From: Solirubrobacteraceae bacterium
GTDB taxonomy: Bacteria; Actinomycetota; Thermoleophilia; Solirubrobacterales; Solirubrobacteraceae
Reading direction: 5' to 3'
NCBI GenBank assembly: GCA_036510225.1
Contig: DATCEH010000008.1
Coordinates: 15,361-79,360, forward strand
Length of the DNA: 64,000 bases
The notes below the pieces were generated by a model, which was not told the DNA's origin, did no database searches, and saw nothing but the letters and a program-made list of their open reading frames with translations. Numbering within the stretch: position 1 is the stretch's first letter; each line of letters starts with the position of its first letter. The translations under genes and the position numbers were made by a program. Positions 44,381 to 51,993 of this stretch are shown here, in pieces.

Positions 44381-45864
44381 GACTGCACCGAGGCCTCAGC
44401 CGGGCGTAGGCGCGTAGCGTGGTTGCGCGCGGCCAGCAGGGTCGGCGAGTGCCACGCCGGGCCCTCGCCGCCCAGGAACCGCTCGAGTTGAGGCGTCTCG
44501 GGCCGTGCTCCTCCGAGCAGGTAGATCAGGACCGGCACGGCAGCTCCGGCGATCGCGAGTCCGAGGCCGATCCAGAGCGCGATGCCGGTGCCCGACCGGA
44601 CGTTGCCGCCGACGGTGACGGCGAAGTGCGCGAACACCGGCGCGATCATGAACGCGGCGACGGCACGCAGCAGCTCGACGATCGCGAACACACGCTGCAG
44701 CGTGGCGGCCGGCAGCGAGAAGCCCGCGGCGAACAGCGCCGGCGCGACGGTGGCGCCGAGGCCGATCCCGGTCAGCCCCGAGCCGATCAGCGTGAGCGCC
44801 TGGGTCGGTGGCAGCTCGATGCGGAACACCGCGATGCCCGCGGCCAGGAAGCCCATTCCCGCCAACGGCAGGTACTGCAGCGCCCGCTTGTCGATGACCA
44901 CGCCAAGCAGCACCGCGGTGAGGACCGCGCCCGCCAGCTCCGGCAGGTACAGGAGCCCGACGTGCAGCGGGCCGTACCGCGCCGCGAGGAGCTTCGCCGT
45001 CAGCGCCGTCGCGGAGATCGACGCCGCGGCGGCGCACAGCGCCAGGACGATTCCCGCGACGGGGATCGTGCTCGTTAGCATCGGGCGGACCGTCAGGAGC
45101 GCTCGCCTGGCCCGGTACTGGTGCGCGATCAGCCCGACGATCAGCGCCAGCCCACCGCCGAGCAGGCCGGAGGTCCGGACCTCGAGGAACTTGTGCGTGA
45201 GAAGCTCGGAAGCTCCAAAGAACGCGGCGATCGAACCCGCGGCCGCGAGCCCGATGGCCAGCGGGCTGCGAGGAGCGCTCAGGTCGGCCGGGGGCGTGTC
45301 CTCGAACGTCAACAGCGCCAGGACGAAGGCTCCCGCCGAGATCGCGGCGACGACCCAGAACAGCGGTCGCCAGGCGTTGGCCTCGGCCTGGACGCCGCCG
45401 ATCGCGGGACCGACCGTGACCGCGCCGAAGATGCACATGCTCATGATCACCGCGGTCGAGCGGAACCTCTCGACGCCGAATCCGAGCGCCAGAGGCGGCA
45501 CAGCTGCGATCAGCAGGAGGCTCGTGCACAGGCCCTGCAGCACGTGGCCGGCGATGAACATCGCGGGATTCTGCGCCGCCGCCGCGAGGACCGACCCGAT
45601 CACCAGCAGCGTGGCGTAGACGAGCATGATCCGCCGCTGGCGCAGCAGCTGCGCGAACTGGACCGCGATCACCGTCCCGATCGCGTATGCCGCATTGGCC
45701 ATGCCGGCGCCGAGGCTCATCGCCTGCGGGCTCATCTGCAGATCGCGGCCGATGATCGGGGTGACCGGTCCGATTGCCGCCGACAGCGCCAGGTATGGGA
45801 TCAGGGCGAACATCACCATCGCGGCAGCGGCCGGATAGCGGCCCGCCAGTGGACCTTGCCTCAT
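44377..45864 (-). CDS. MFS transporter (DHA2/EmrB-like, about 14 TM)
   Basis: 495 aa with about 14 hydrophobic segments. Divergent from a TetR regulator. Its stop overlaps the usp start. Confidence 0.88.
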   Translation of the reverse strand: MRQGPLAGRYPAAAAMVMFALIPYLALSAAIGPVTPIIGRDLQMSPQAMSLGAGMANAAYAIGTVIAVQFAQLLRQRRIMLVYATLLVIGSVLAAAAQNPAMFIAGHVLQGLCTSLLLIAAVPPLALGFGVERFRSTAVIMSMCIFGAVTVGPAIGGVQAEANAWRPLFWVVAAISAGAFVLALLTFEDTPPADLSAPRSPLAIGLAAAGSIAAFFGASELLTHKFLEVRTSGLLGGGLALIVGLIAHQYRARRALLTVRPMLTSTIPVAGIVLALCAAAASISATALTAKLLAARYGPLHVGLLYLPELAGAVLTAVLLGVVIDKRALQYLPLAGMGFLAAGIAVFRIELPPTQALTLIGSGLTGIGLGATVAPALFAAGFSLPAATLQRVFAIVELLRAVAAFMIAPVFAHFAVTVGGNVRSGTGIALWIGLGLAIAGAAVPVLIYLLGGARPETPQLERFLGGEGPAWHSPTLLAARNHATRLRPAEASVQS

Positions 45865-45898
45865 TTATTTCCCTTTCGCTCCGAAATGCGCCTAAAAT

Positions 45899-45968
45899 GG
45901 AGGCTGCCTCCCGTCCTTCGATATGGAGCCAGCCTCCGCTTCTGGTAACTATAAAGGAGGGACCCTCC
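45899..45968. promoter_or_regulatory. three GGAG(G/C)-N3-CCTCC palindromes in the MFS/TetR divergent promoter
   Basis: atGGAGGCtGCCTCCcg (45899-45911), atGGAGccagcCTCCgc (45925-45937, imperfect) and aaGGAGGGaCCCTCCgc (45956-45968). They lie between the divergent starts 45864 and 45988. Confidence 0.55.
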
Positions 45969-45987
45969 GCTTTACAAGGCCCACGCG

Positions 45988-46572
45988 ATGACCGTTACCG
46001 AAACGCAACAATCAGCTCTCTCCCGCCGCCCCAAACGCGCTGACGCGCGCCGCAACTACGACCACCTGATCGCCGCCGCCCGCACAGCCTTCACAGAACG
46101 CGACCGCTCGGCCTCGCTCGAGGACATCGCGCGACGCGCCGGCGTCGGCATCGGGACGCTGTACCGCCACTTCCCGACACGCGGCGACCTGATCGAGGCC
46201 GTCTACCTCGAGGAGGTCGAAACGCTGTGCCGCTCGGCCGACGACCTGCGCACAGCCGAGCCGTGGGACGCCCTCGTCGGCTGGCTGGCCCGGTTCGTCG
46301 CCTACATGACCACCAAGCAGGCACTCGCCGAGGAACTCTTCGCGGCCAACCGCGACACCGAGGTCTTCAACAGCTGTCGCGTGGCGCTCTACGGCGCGGG
46401 CGAGCCGCTCCTCAAACGCGCCCAGGAAGCGGGCGCCGTGCGACGCGACGTCACGATCGACGACGTGGTGCCGATGGTCGGCGGGATCGCGAAGATCCAG
46501 AACGCGGATGCGGCCACCGTCGATCGGATCCTCAGCGTCGCGCTCGACGGCCTGCGCTACCGCACAGGCTGA
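45988..46572 (+). CDS. TetR/AcrR-family transcriptional regulator
   Basis: N-terminal HTH RRNYDHLIAAARTAFTERDRSASLEDIARRAGVGIGTLYRHFPTRGDL. 194 aa. Confidence 0.9.
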   Translation: MTVTETQQSALSRRPKRADARRNYDHLIAAARTAFTERDRSASLEDIARRAGVGIGTLYRHFPTRGDLIEAVYLEEVETLCRSADDLRTAEPWDALVGWLARFVAYMTTKQALAEELFAANRDTEVFNSCRVALYGAGEPLLKRAQEAGAVRRDVTIDDVVPMVGGIAKIQNADAATVDRILSVALDGLRYRTG

Positions 46573-46663
46573 CGCCGGCGAACCGTCGCGCCGTTCGCGA
46601 CGGCGCAGTGCAGCGGCCACGCCCCGGCAGCAACACTGACCGCGTTGGCGCTCTCCTCGCGGA

Positions 46664-47236
46664 TTGATCTCTCAGACGCCGGGTGCGCTACACCGCGGTG
46701 GGCGGTCCGGACCACGAAGCGCACGGGTCGGGGAGCCCCGCGTGGGTCTATCGTGGCGTCCGGTCTTCGCGCGCGAGAGGGCTCGCATCGCGGATGCGCT
46801 GGGGCGACGGGCGCTCCGGATCGATCACATCGGCTCGACCGCGGTCGAGGGACTCCCGGCGAAGCCGATCATCGACATCGACCTGAGCGTGGCTGACCCG
46901 GGCGACGAGGCCGGCTACGTTCCGGCGCTCGAGTTCGCCGGGTACGTGCTGCGCGTGCGCGAGCCGGGGCATCGGATGCTTGGGACCCGCACGCTGGATG
47001 TTCACGTCCACATCTGCTCCAGGGGTGGCGATTGGGAGCGGCGTCACCTGCTGTTTCGCGACTGGCTGCGCTGCGATGCCGACGACAGGGCGCGGTACGC
47101 CAGCGCCAAGCGGGCACTCGCTGAGCGCAACTGGCCAGACATGAACGCCTACGCCGCCGCCAAGACCGGCGTGATACGAGAGATCACCGGTCGTGCTGAG
47201 CAATGGGCGGAGACCACCGCCTGGCATCCCGAGTAG
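46664..47236 (+). CDS. GrpB-family protein (UPF0157)
   Basis: IDHIGSTAVEGLPAKPIIDIDLSV...HVHICSRGGDWERRHLLFRDWLR...RYASAKRAL is the GrpB signature. The start is uncertain; GTG 46742 gives a more typical length. Confidence 0.78.
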   Translation: MISQTPGALHRGGRSGPRSARVGEPRVGLSWRPVFARERARIADALGRRALRIDHIGSTAVEGLPAKPIIDIDLSVADPGDEAGYVPALEFAGYVLRVREPGHRMLGTRTLDVHVHICSRGGDWERRHLLFRDWLRCDADDRARYASAKRALAERNWPDMNAYAAAKTGVIREITGRAEQWAETTAWHPE

Positions 47237-47315
47237 CCGATCCGCCGCGCCGCAGCGGAATCCCGCAGCGGAACGGCCCCGATCCCGGTCCGGCGGGTAC
47301 ATCACTGGCCCGCTG

Positions 47316-47735
47316 CTACGAGTTCGGTCGCAACGCTGAGCGCAGACGTTCCGCGACCTGCTCCGGCGTTGCACGGACGCTGAAGCTGATGATCCACTGA
47401 GCGAGGTCACGATCAGAAGCCTCGACGCGGTATCCGTTGACGGAGAGAAAGGTCAGCATCGCGACGAGTGCCAGTCGCTTGTTGCCGTCGACGAATGTCT
47501 GGCTCTCTGCGATGCCGTGCGCGAGAACGCAGGCCTGCAGAGCGAGGTCTCGGCGGCCTCGTAGTGCGCGTACATCTGTGGCCGCGCGAGCGCACTCTGC
47601 AGACCCGCCGCGTCGCGCAGCTGGTCGGCGGCCTGGCCTGCGGTCGCGCCGATGATCAGTCCGCAAAGCTCTACTGCGTCGACAAGCTCGAGATAGATCG
47701 GCTCGCTCTCGCCGGCCTCCTCGTCCGCTGAGGCT
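47316..47735 (-). pseudogene. doc: Doc (death-on-curing, Fic-fold) toxin gene with frameshift and no in-frame start
   Basis: The C-terminal frame (ORF 47316..47666) reads DLALQACVLAHGIAESQTFVDGNKRLALVAMLTFLSVNGYRV, with the Doc motif H-x-F-x-D-G-N-K-R as QTFVDGNKR. The N-terminal part, EPIYLELVDAVELCGLIIGATAGQAADQLRDAAGLQSALARPQMYAHYEAAE, is in a different frame, switching at about 47545-47558. No ATG/GTG/TTG lies between the antitoxin stop and EPIYL. Confidence 0.65.
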
Positions 47736-47740
47736 GAGCC

Positions 47741-47995
47741 CTACCCTGCGGAGTGCTCGCTGTCGGGATCGTGCTCGGCGAGAATCCTCAACGCCTGCGT
47801 ATGCTCGGCCACGACGTGCTCCCCCGCGCTGCGGATCCGCTGGCGTACCTGCTTCGTGGGCATGATCCGCAGTTCGCCTCCGTCGAGCTCTTCGACAAGC
47901 ACTGAGGTCCCCGGGGCGTAGCCTCGGGCCTCAAGCTCGCGTGGGATCGAGACGACGTTGCTGTTGCCGACACGGCGAATCTTGACGATCTTCAC
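47741..47995 (-). CDS. AbrB/MazE/SpoVT-family antitoxin
   Basis: MKIVKIRRVGNSNVVSIPRELEARGYAPGTSVLVEELDGGELRIMP has a swapped-hairpin beta-barrel motif (vG-N-S-x-x-v-x-i-P). It lies directly upstream of the doc relic. Confidence 0.8.
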   Translation of the reverse strand: MKIVKIRRVGNSNVVSIPRELEARGYAPGTSVLVEELDGGELRIMPTKQVRQRIRSAGEHVVAEHTQALRILAEHDPDSEHSAG

Positions 47996-48299
47996 CTCTC
48001 AAGTATATACACGGATGTCCCGGGAACCCAGGCCCGATGGCCGGAGGACAGCCCATCACGGCGCATAGGCCCTGGCGAAACCACCGCTCACCCGGCCGTG
48101 ACCCACTCGCCGGCCATCGGGCCGCCTTGGGCGCGCCTGCCGGTCGCTCGACGGACACCGCGGCGCGACGCCAGCAGTTTGCTCCGGAGAAGGTGGTTCG
48201 CTTGAGTGGAGGTGATCCTTGGCCGGCGGACTCCGCGGCGGAGCGCGCGACCGCCAGGAGGCCTCGCACGCGAGCCTCGTGCGAAATATAATTTTGCGC

Positions 48300-48686
48300 G
48301 TGCGAACCGTGAAGCTCAAACAGCCCGAGGAGCTACTGCAGCTGGCTGCCACGGCGGCCGAGCAAGTCGACAAGCCCATCGATGTGCTCTATGCAGAGGC
48401 GATCGAGCGCTACATCGAGGTCACCAAGCACGCGACGGCGGGTGCGCTGCGCAGCCGGATGTACGTGCGTAGCGCGTCGGCGTACGTGACCATCGAGATC
48501 CCGGAGGAGCTGTTCGAGCTCGCCGAAAAGGTTGCCGAGCGCCAGGAGAAGAAGCGCGACGTCATGTATGCCGAGGCGCTGGCGAAGGCGCTGGCCAAGC
48601 TCGTGGCGCGCGCGCCCGACGACAGCGCCCTGAACCAGGGGCACGACCTCCCGAGCGGGGCGTGGCGCCCGAAGGGGCCGACCTAA
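48300..48686 (+). CDS. hypothetical protein with internal tandem duplication of a helix-rich (RHH-like) unit
   Basis: Two similar units: LKQPEELLQLAATAAEQVDKPIDVLYAEAIERYIEV and IEIPEELFELAEKVAERQEKKRDVMYAEALAKALAKL. A perfect TATAAT lies at 48285-48290 just upstream of candidate GTG starts (48300/48309). The track ORF begins at 48219. Confidence 0.45.
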   Translation: MRTVKLKQPEELLQLAATAAEQVDKPIDVLYAEAIERYIEVTKHATAGALRSRMYVRSASAYVTIEIPEELFELAEKVAERQEKKRDVMYAEALAKALAKLVARAPDDSALNQGHDLPSGAWRPKGPT

Positions 48687-48910
48687 ACGCATTTCGCGGC
48701 TGCGACGATCCGAACCCCGCCGGTCGTGCCTTCAGCAAGCCCGCTCGTGAAGTCCTGGCGGTCCAGGTGCTCGGACCAGTACCGGTAGGAGTCCGTCCGA
48801 TACCAGATCGCCGTCCGAACCGTGCGGCCCTGCCACGCCACGTCGCGTGGCCCGCCGACGTTGACCGCGAGTAGTGTCCCGGCGGGCCCGTCGTTCGCTG
48901 TGCTCGCCAC
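48683..48910 (-). pseudogene. MOSC-domain (YiiM-like) gene relic
   Basis: GTLLAVNVGGPRDVAWQGRTVRTAIW resembles the YiiM N-terminus, and YRYWSEHLDRQDFTSGLAEGTTGG resembles the later Y-x-x-W...G-x-F-GENLT segment. The intervening part and the whole C-terminal half are missing. Confidence 0.4.
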
Positions 48911-48913
48911 GAC

Positions 48914-49645
48914 TCAGACCAGCCGCTCGCCGCCGTCGACGTGGATCGTCAGGCCCGTCATGAAGGTGTTCGTCATCGCCAGGACCGCCGCGCTGGCGAC
49001 GTCCTCTGCCCCGCCGATCCGCCGGGCCGGGTTGGTCTGTCCGAGCTCGGCGAACATCGCCGCCTTGCGCTCGTCACCGAGCGCGTCCCACGCCCCGGTG
49101 TCGATCACGCCGGGCGAGATCGCGTTGACCCGGATCGGGGCCAGCTCGACCGCGAGTGACCGCGTCAGGGTGTCCGCCGCGGCGTTTGTGATCGCCACGG
49201 CGAGCGTCCCGACCTCGATCTTGAAGGCCGCCACCCCCGAGAAGATCAGCAGCGATCCGCCCTCATTGATCTGGGAGCTGAACGCCCGCGCCAGCATCAG
49301 GGGGCCAATCACCTTCGTGTCGAAGGAGAGCCGGACCTGGTCACGTTCGAGGTCCCCGATCTGACCGCGAGCGCGAGCGGACGCGGTCGAGACGATGTGG
49401 TCGACGCGGCCGACCCGAGCGGCGAGCGCGGAGATCGAGGCGTCATCGGTGAGGTCCACGGCTTCGGTTCCGATCGCCGCCTCTCCGGCGTAGGCGCGTT
49501 CAAGGGCTTCCCGCCGGCGGCCCGCGACGATCACGTTGGCGCCCTCCTCCCGAGCGGCGAGCGCGATACCGCGGGCGATGCCGCTGCCGCGACCTATGAC
49601 GAGTACGGTCTTGTCCTTCAGTGAGCCGGCCATCTGGCCCTCCAT
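48914..49645 (-). CDS. short-chain dehydrogenase/reductase family protein (atypical active-site region)
   Basis: Rossmann motif VLVIGRGSGIARGIA, with NAISPG and the typical length. I could not see the classical YxxxK in the expected place (AVAITNAAADTL). Confidence 0.82.
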   Translation of the reverse strand: MEGQMAGSLKDKTVLVIGRGSGIARGIALAAREEGANVIVAGRRREALERAYAGEAAIGTEAVDLTDDASISALAARVGRVDHIVSTASARARGQIGDLERDQVRLSFDTKVIGPLMLARAFSSQINEGGSLLIFSGVAAFKIEVGTLAVAITNAAADTLTRSLAVELAPIRVNAISPGVIDTGAWDALGDERKAAMFAELGQTNPARRIGGAEDVASAAVLAMTNTFMTGLTIHVDGGERLV

Positions 49646-49784
49646 CTTCTGTCGTGGTCCCCTGTCGGCGAGGCCGCCGGGTTGGCGGCCCGTCCGCGAG
49701 GTCTCCCCTGGACAGTGCGCCGCGGCCGGCGCTTCTTACCGACCCTGGCGACGGATCGGGCCCAGAGCTACTCCGGCGGGGCGC

Positions 49785-50012
49785 CTACTCCGGCGGGGCG
49801 CCGAAGCGGCGGGCCGCGTCGACCAGGCCCTCGTAATCGGCGCGACAACCCGGGCAGCTCCGGAGGTGGACCGCAGTGCCGGGGAAGACCGCGGCCGGGT
49901 CATCTCCCGCGAGCTGTAGATCCGCGAACTGGTCGAGGATCGCTTCGCCCGCGATGCACCCCGCGTCCCCGTCCTGCACCCCCAGCAGATCGTCGAGACC
50001 TCGCTCGCTCAC
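49785..50012 (-). CDS. putative zf-HC2-type anti-sigma factor (short, soluble)
   Basis: GTG 50012 overlaps the sigma-factor stop (GTGA). VSERGLDDLLGVQDGDAGCIAGEAILDQFADLQLAGDDPAAVFPGTAVHLRSCPGCRADYEGL carries the H-x3-C-x2-C motif. Confidence 0.55.
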   Translation of the reverse strand: MSERGLDDLLGVQDGDAGCIAGEAILDQFADLQLAGDDPAAVFPGTAVHLRSCPGCRADYEGLVDAARRFGAPPE

Positions 50013-50689
50013 GAGCTCACCTCCTCGGCGGGGAGTGGGTAACCCGCAGCAGCCAGGCACGCGCGGAGCTTGCGCCGCGCGTCGAAGAGGTTCTTATAGA
50101 GCGCGTTGCGGTTGGAGCCGAGCTTCAGCGCCAGGACATCGATCGACACGTCGTTGAGGGCGACGGCCACGAAAACCTGACGCTGACGATCGGTCAGCTC
50201 GCTGTTGATCGCCTGGCTGAGAACGGTCAGCTGCTCGCGACGCTCGGCGCTCTGCACCGGCTGCGCGGCGAAGGCGTCCGGGACCTGCTCCCACGCGGGC
50301 TCCTCCTCAGGCCGATGATGGCGCCACGCATGGCCGGCGACCTTGGCCGACACATCGAAGATCACGAACTTGTACGCCCACGTCGTGAACCGGCTCGCCC
50401 CGCGGAACTCCTCCAGCTTGGACAGGATGCTCAGCATCGCGTCGCTCGCCGACTGCTGGGCGAGGTCGTCCAGCTCCGGCCCGCCGATCGAGCCAAGCGC
50501 GTGGCGGCGACGCCCCAGCTCGTAGCGGGCCACGCGCAGAAGCAGCGCGTGCAACTCGGCCGTGGTCCGGCGGAAGTGCGGGCTGCTCGAGCGAAGGCCT
50601 TCGACCCAGTGCTGCGTGTCGCTCCCGACAGCCCGAGCCGCCGGAGCCGAAGACTCGCCTGAGCTCACGCTGGGGGCCATCGCAGTCAT
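50009..50689 (-). CDS. ECF-type sigma-70 family RNA polymerase sigma factor
   Basis: Region 2 (AMLSILSKLEEFRGASRFTTWAYKFVIF) and region 4 HTH (LTDRQRQVFVAVALNDVSIDVLALKLGSNRNALYKNLFDARRKLR). The start is taken at ATG 50689 (MTAMAPS...) and is uncertain. Confidence 0.82.
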   Translation of the reverse strand: MTAMAPSVSSGESSAPAARAVGSDTQHWVEGLRSSSPHFRRTTAELHALLLRVARYELGRRRHALGSIGGPELDDLAQQSASDAMLSILSKLEEFRGASRFTTWAYKFVIFDVSAKVAGHAWRHHRPEEEPAWEQVPDAFAAQPVQSAERREQLTVLSQAINSELTDRQRQVFVAVALNDVSIDVLALKLGSNRNALYKNLFDARRKLRACLAAAGYPLPAEEVSS

Positions 50690-50805
50690 CTTAGGCGCCG
50701 TCCGGCGACGAGCGCGCCGACGCTTTGGCAACCGTAGACGCGCGCGCTGACGCCTTTGAGAACCAGCACGGTAAGAACCCGGGTGGGCGATCCCACATAC
50801 CGAGC

Positions 50806-51123
50806 ATGGGACTTTCATGGCACGTCCCTGAGGCCGACGTCGACTCCCGCGCGCTCACGCCGGCAGCGCGCCGGACGTTCTGCCCCTACAAGGGAATCGC
50901 CACCTACTGGGACATCGGCGAGACACGCCTCGCGGCGTGGTCCTACCGAGCGCCGGTCGAGGAGATGCTACGGATCGCCGGGATGGTCTCGTTCGAGCCC
51001 GACCAGGTCACGGTCGCGCTCGACGGCGCAGTACAGCTCAAGGCGTCCGGCCAGACCGTGGTCGCTCACGGAGTCGACCGAGACCTCACGATCGACGAGG
51101 CGGGGCACATCGGCCCGGCCTGA
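50806..51123 (+). CDS. DUF427-domain protein, N-terminally short (possibly truncated)
   Basis: WHVPEADVDSRALTPAARRTFCPYKGIATYWDIGETRLAAWSYRAPVEEMLRIAGMVSFEPDQVTVALDG has the CPYKG-x-A-x-YW core of DUF427. The usual N-terminal roughly 30 residues are not evident. Confidence 0.5.
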   Translation: MGLSWHVPEADVDSRALTPAARRTFCPYKGIATYWDIGETRLAAWSYRAPVEEMLRIAGMVSFEPDQVTVALDGAVQLKASGQTVVAHGVDRDLTIDEAGHIGPA

Positions 51124-51124
51124 G

Positions 51125-51403
51125 GTGCGCCCACGCAGGTCACCCCCTCCGATCCCCGGCCTGCGACGCCTGCTGGCCGCCAGCCCGACCGACCCCGGCT
51201 GCGAGGCCGGGTACGGCCTGCTCGAGCACCTCGTCGAGCTGGAGCTCGCCGGGAGGGACCCGGGCACCGTCTTCCCGGCCGCCGCGATCCACCTTCAGAA
51301 CTGCCCGGCCTGCCGCGCCGACTACGAAGGGCTTCGGGCCAGCGCGACGCCGACCCCAATCGCGGTCATCCAGGCGGTCTCCGGGCGGCCGCGTAGGCAT
51401 TGA
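51125..51403 (+). CDS. paralog of the zf-HC2 anti-sigma-like peptide
   Basis: GCEAGYGLLEHLVELELAGRDPGTVFPAAAIHLQNCPACRADYEGL aligns with GCIAGEAILDQFADLQLAGDDPAAVFPGTAVHLRSCPGCRADYEGL of 49785..50012. The GTG 51125 start is inferred. Confidence 0.45.
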   Translation: MRPRRSPPPIPGLRRLLAASPTDPGCEAGYGLLEHLVELELAGRDPGTVFPAAAIHLQNCPACRADYEGLRASATPTPIAVIQAVSGRPRRH

Positions 51404-51419
51404 CTCGCCGCTGCCGCGT

Positions 51420-51560
51420 AGCCCAGACCGATCGGCATCAGAAGATCGCGCGGCCACGGGGATGCCGACGTGCGTCGCGAAACAGGTGCCCAGACCCGTC
51501 AGGAATCGAGAAGCGCGAGCCCCCAGACGCGGCTAGCGTGACCGCCATGGACATCCCCCC
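51420..51560 (+). repeat. relic copy of the 3' end of the AraC gene plus the start of the VOC gene found at 54880-55040
   Basis: ggatgccgacgtgcgtcgcgaaacaggtgcccagacccgtcaggaatcgagaagcgcgagcccccagacgcggctagcgtgaccgccatggacatc aligns by eye with ggatgccggcgtgcgtcgccaagcaggtgaccagaccgatcaggaatcgagaagcgccgaccccgagcggcagctagcgtgagcgccatggacatc. Confidence 0.75.
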
Positions 51561-51584
51561 AGACCCACGACCTCAGGAGCGACC

Positions 51585-51941
51585 ATGACCGGCTCTTCCA
51601 CCCAGGGAATCAAGACCGTGCTGCATCCCGTGTCCGACCTGGCCGCGGCCAAGGCCGTGTACGCCGCCCTGCTCGGCGTCGCGCCGCAGGCCGACGAGTC
51701 CTACTACGTCGGCTTCGAGGCCGAGGGCCAGCACATCGGGCTGGTGCCCGGCGGCGGACCGCAGGGCATGACCTCGCCGGTGGCCTACTGGCAAGTCCCG
51801 GACATCAACGCGAAGCTGGCTGAGGTGACCGCCGCGGGTGCCACCGTGAACGAGCCCCCACACGACGTCGGCGGCGGCCGCCTGGTGGCCACGGTCGCCG
51901 ACCCCGATGGCAACGTCCTCGGGCTGCTTCAGGACCCGTGA
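51585..51941 (+). CDS. VOC-family (glyoxalase/bleomycin-resistance fold) protein
   Basis: 118 aa. IKTVLHPVSDLAAAKAVYAALLGV...HIGLVPGG...RLATVADPDGNVLGLLQ has the typical beta-alpha-beta-beta-beta module pattern. Confidence 0.82.
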   Translation: MTGSSTQGIKTVLHPVSDLAAAKAVYAALLGVAPQADESYYVGFEAEGQHIGLVPGGGPQGMTSPVAYWQVPDINAKLAEVTAAGATVNEPPHDVGGGRLVATVADPDGNVLGLLQDP

Positions 51942-51953
51942 GTGCCCGGGCCC

Positions 51954-51993
51954 GGGGGCGGGGGCGGGGGCGGGGGCGCGGGCGCGGGCGGGG
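51954..51993 (+). repeat. G-rich hexanucleotide tandem repeat (GGGGGC)x4 followed by degenerate GCGGGC units; G-quadruplex-type motif
   Basis: Read directly: G5 runs at 51954-58, 51960-64, 51966-70 and 51972-76, separated by single C. Then G3/G3/G4 runs follow to 51993. Confidence 0.9.
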
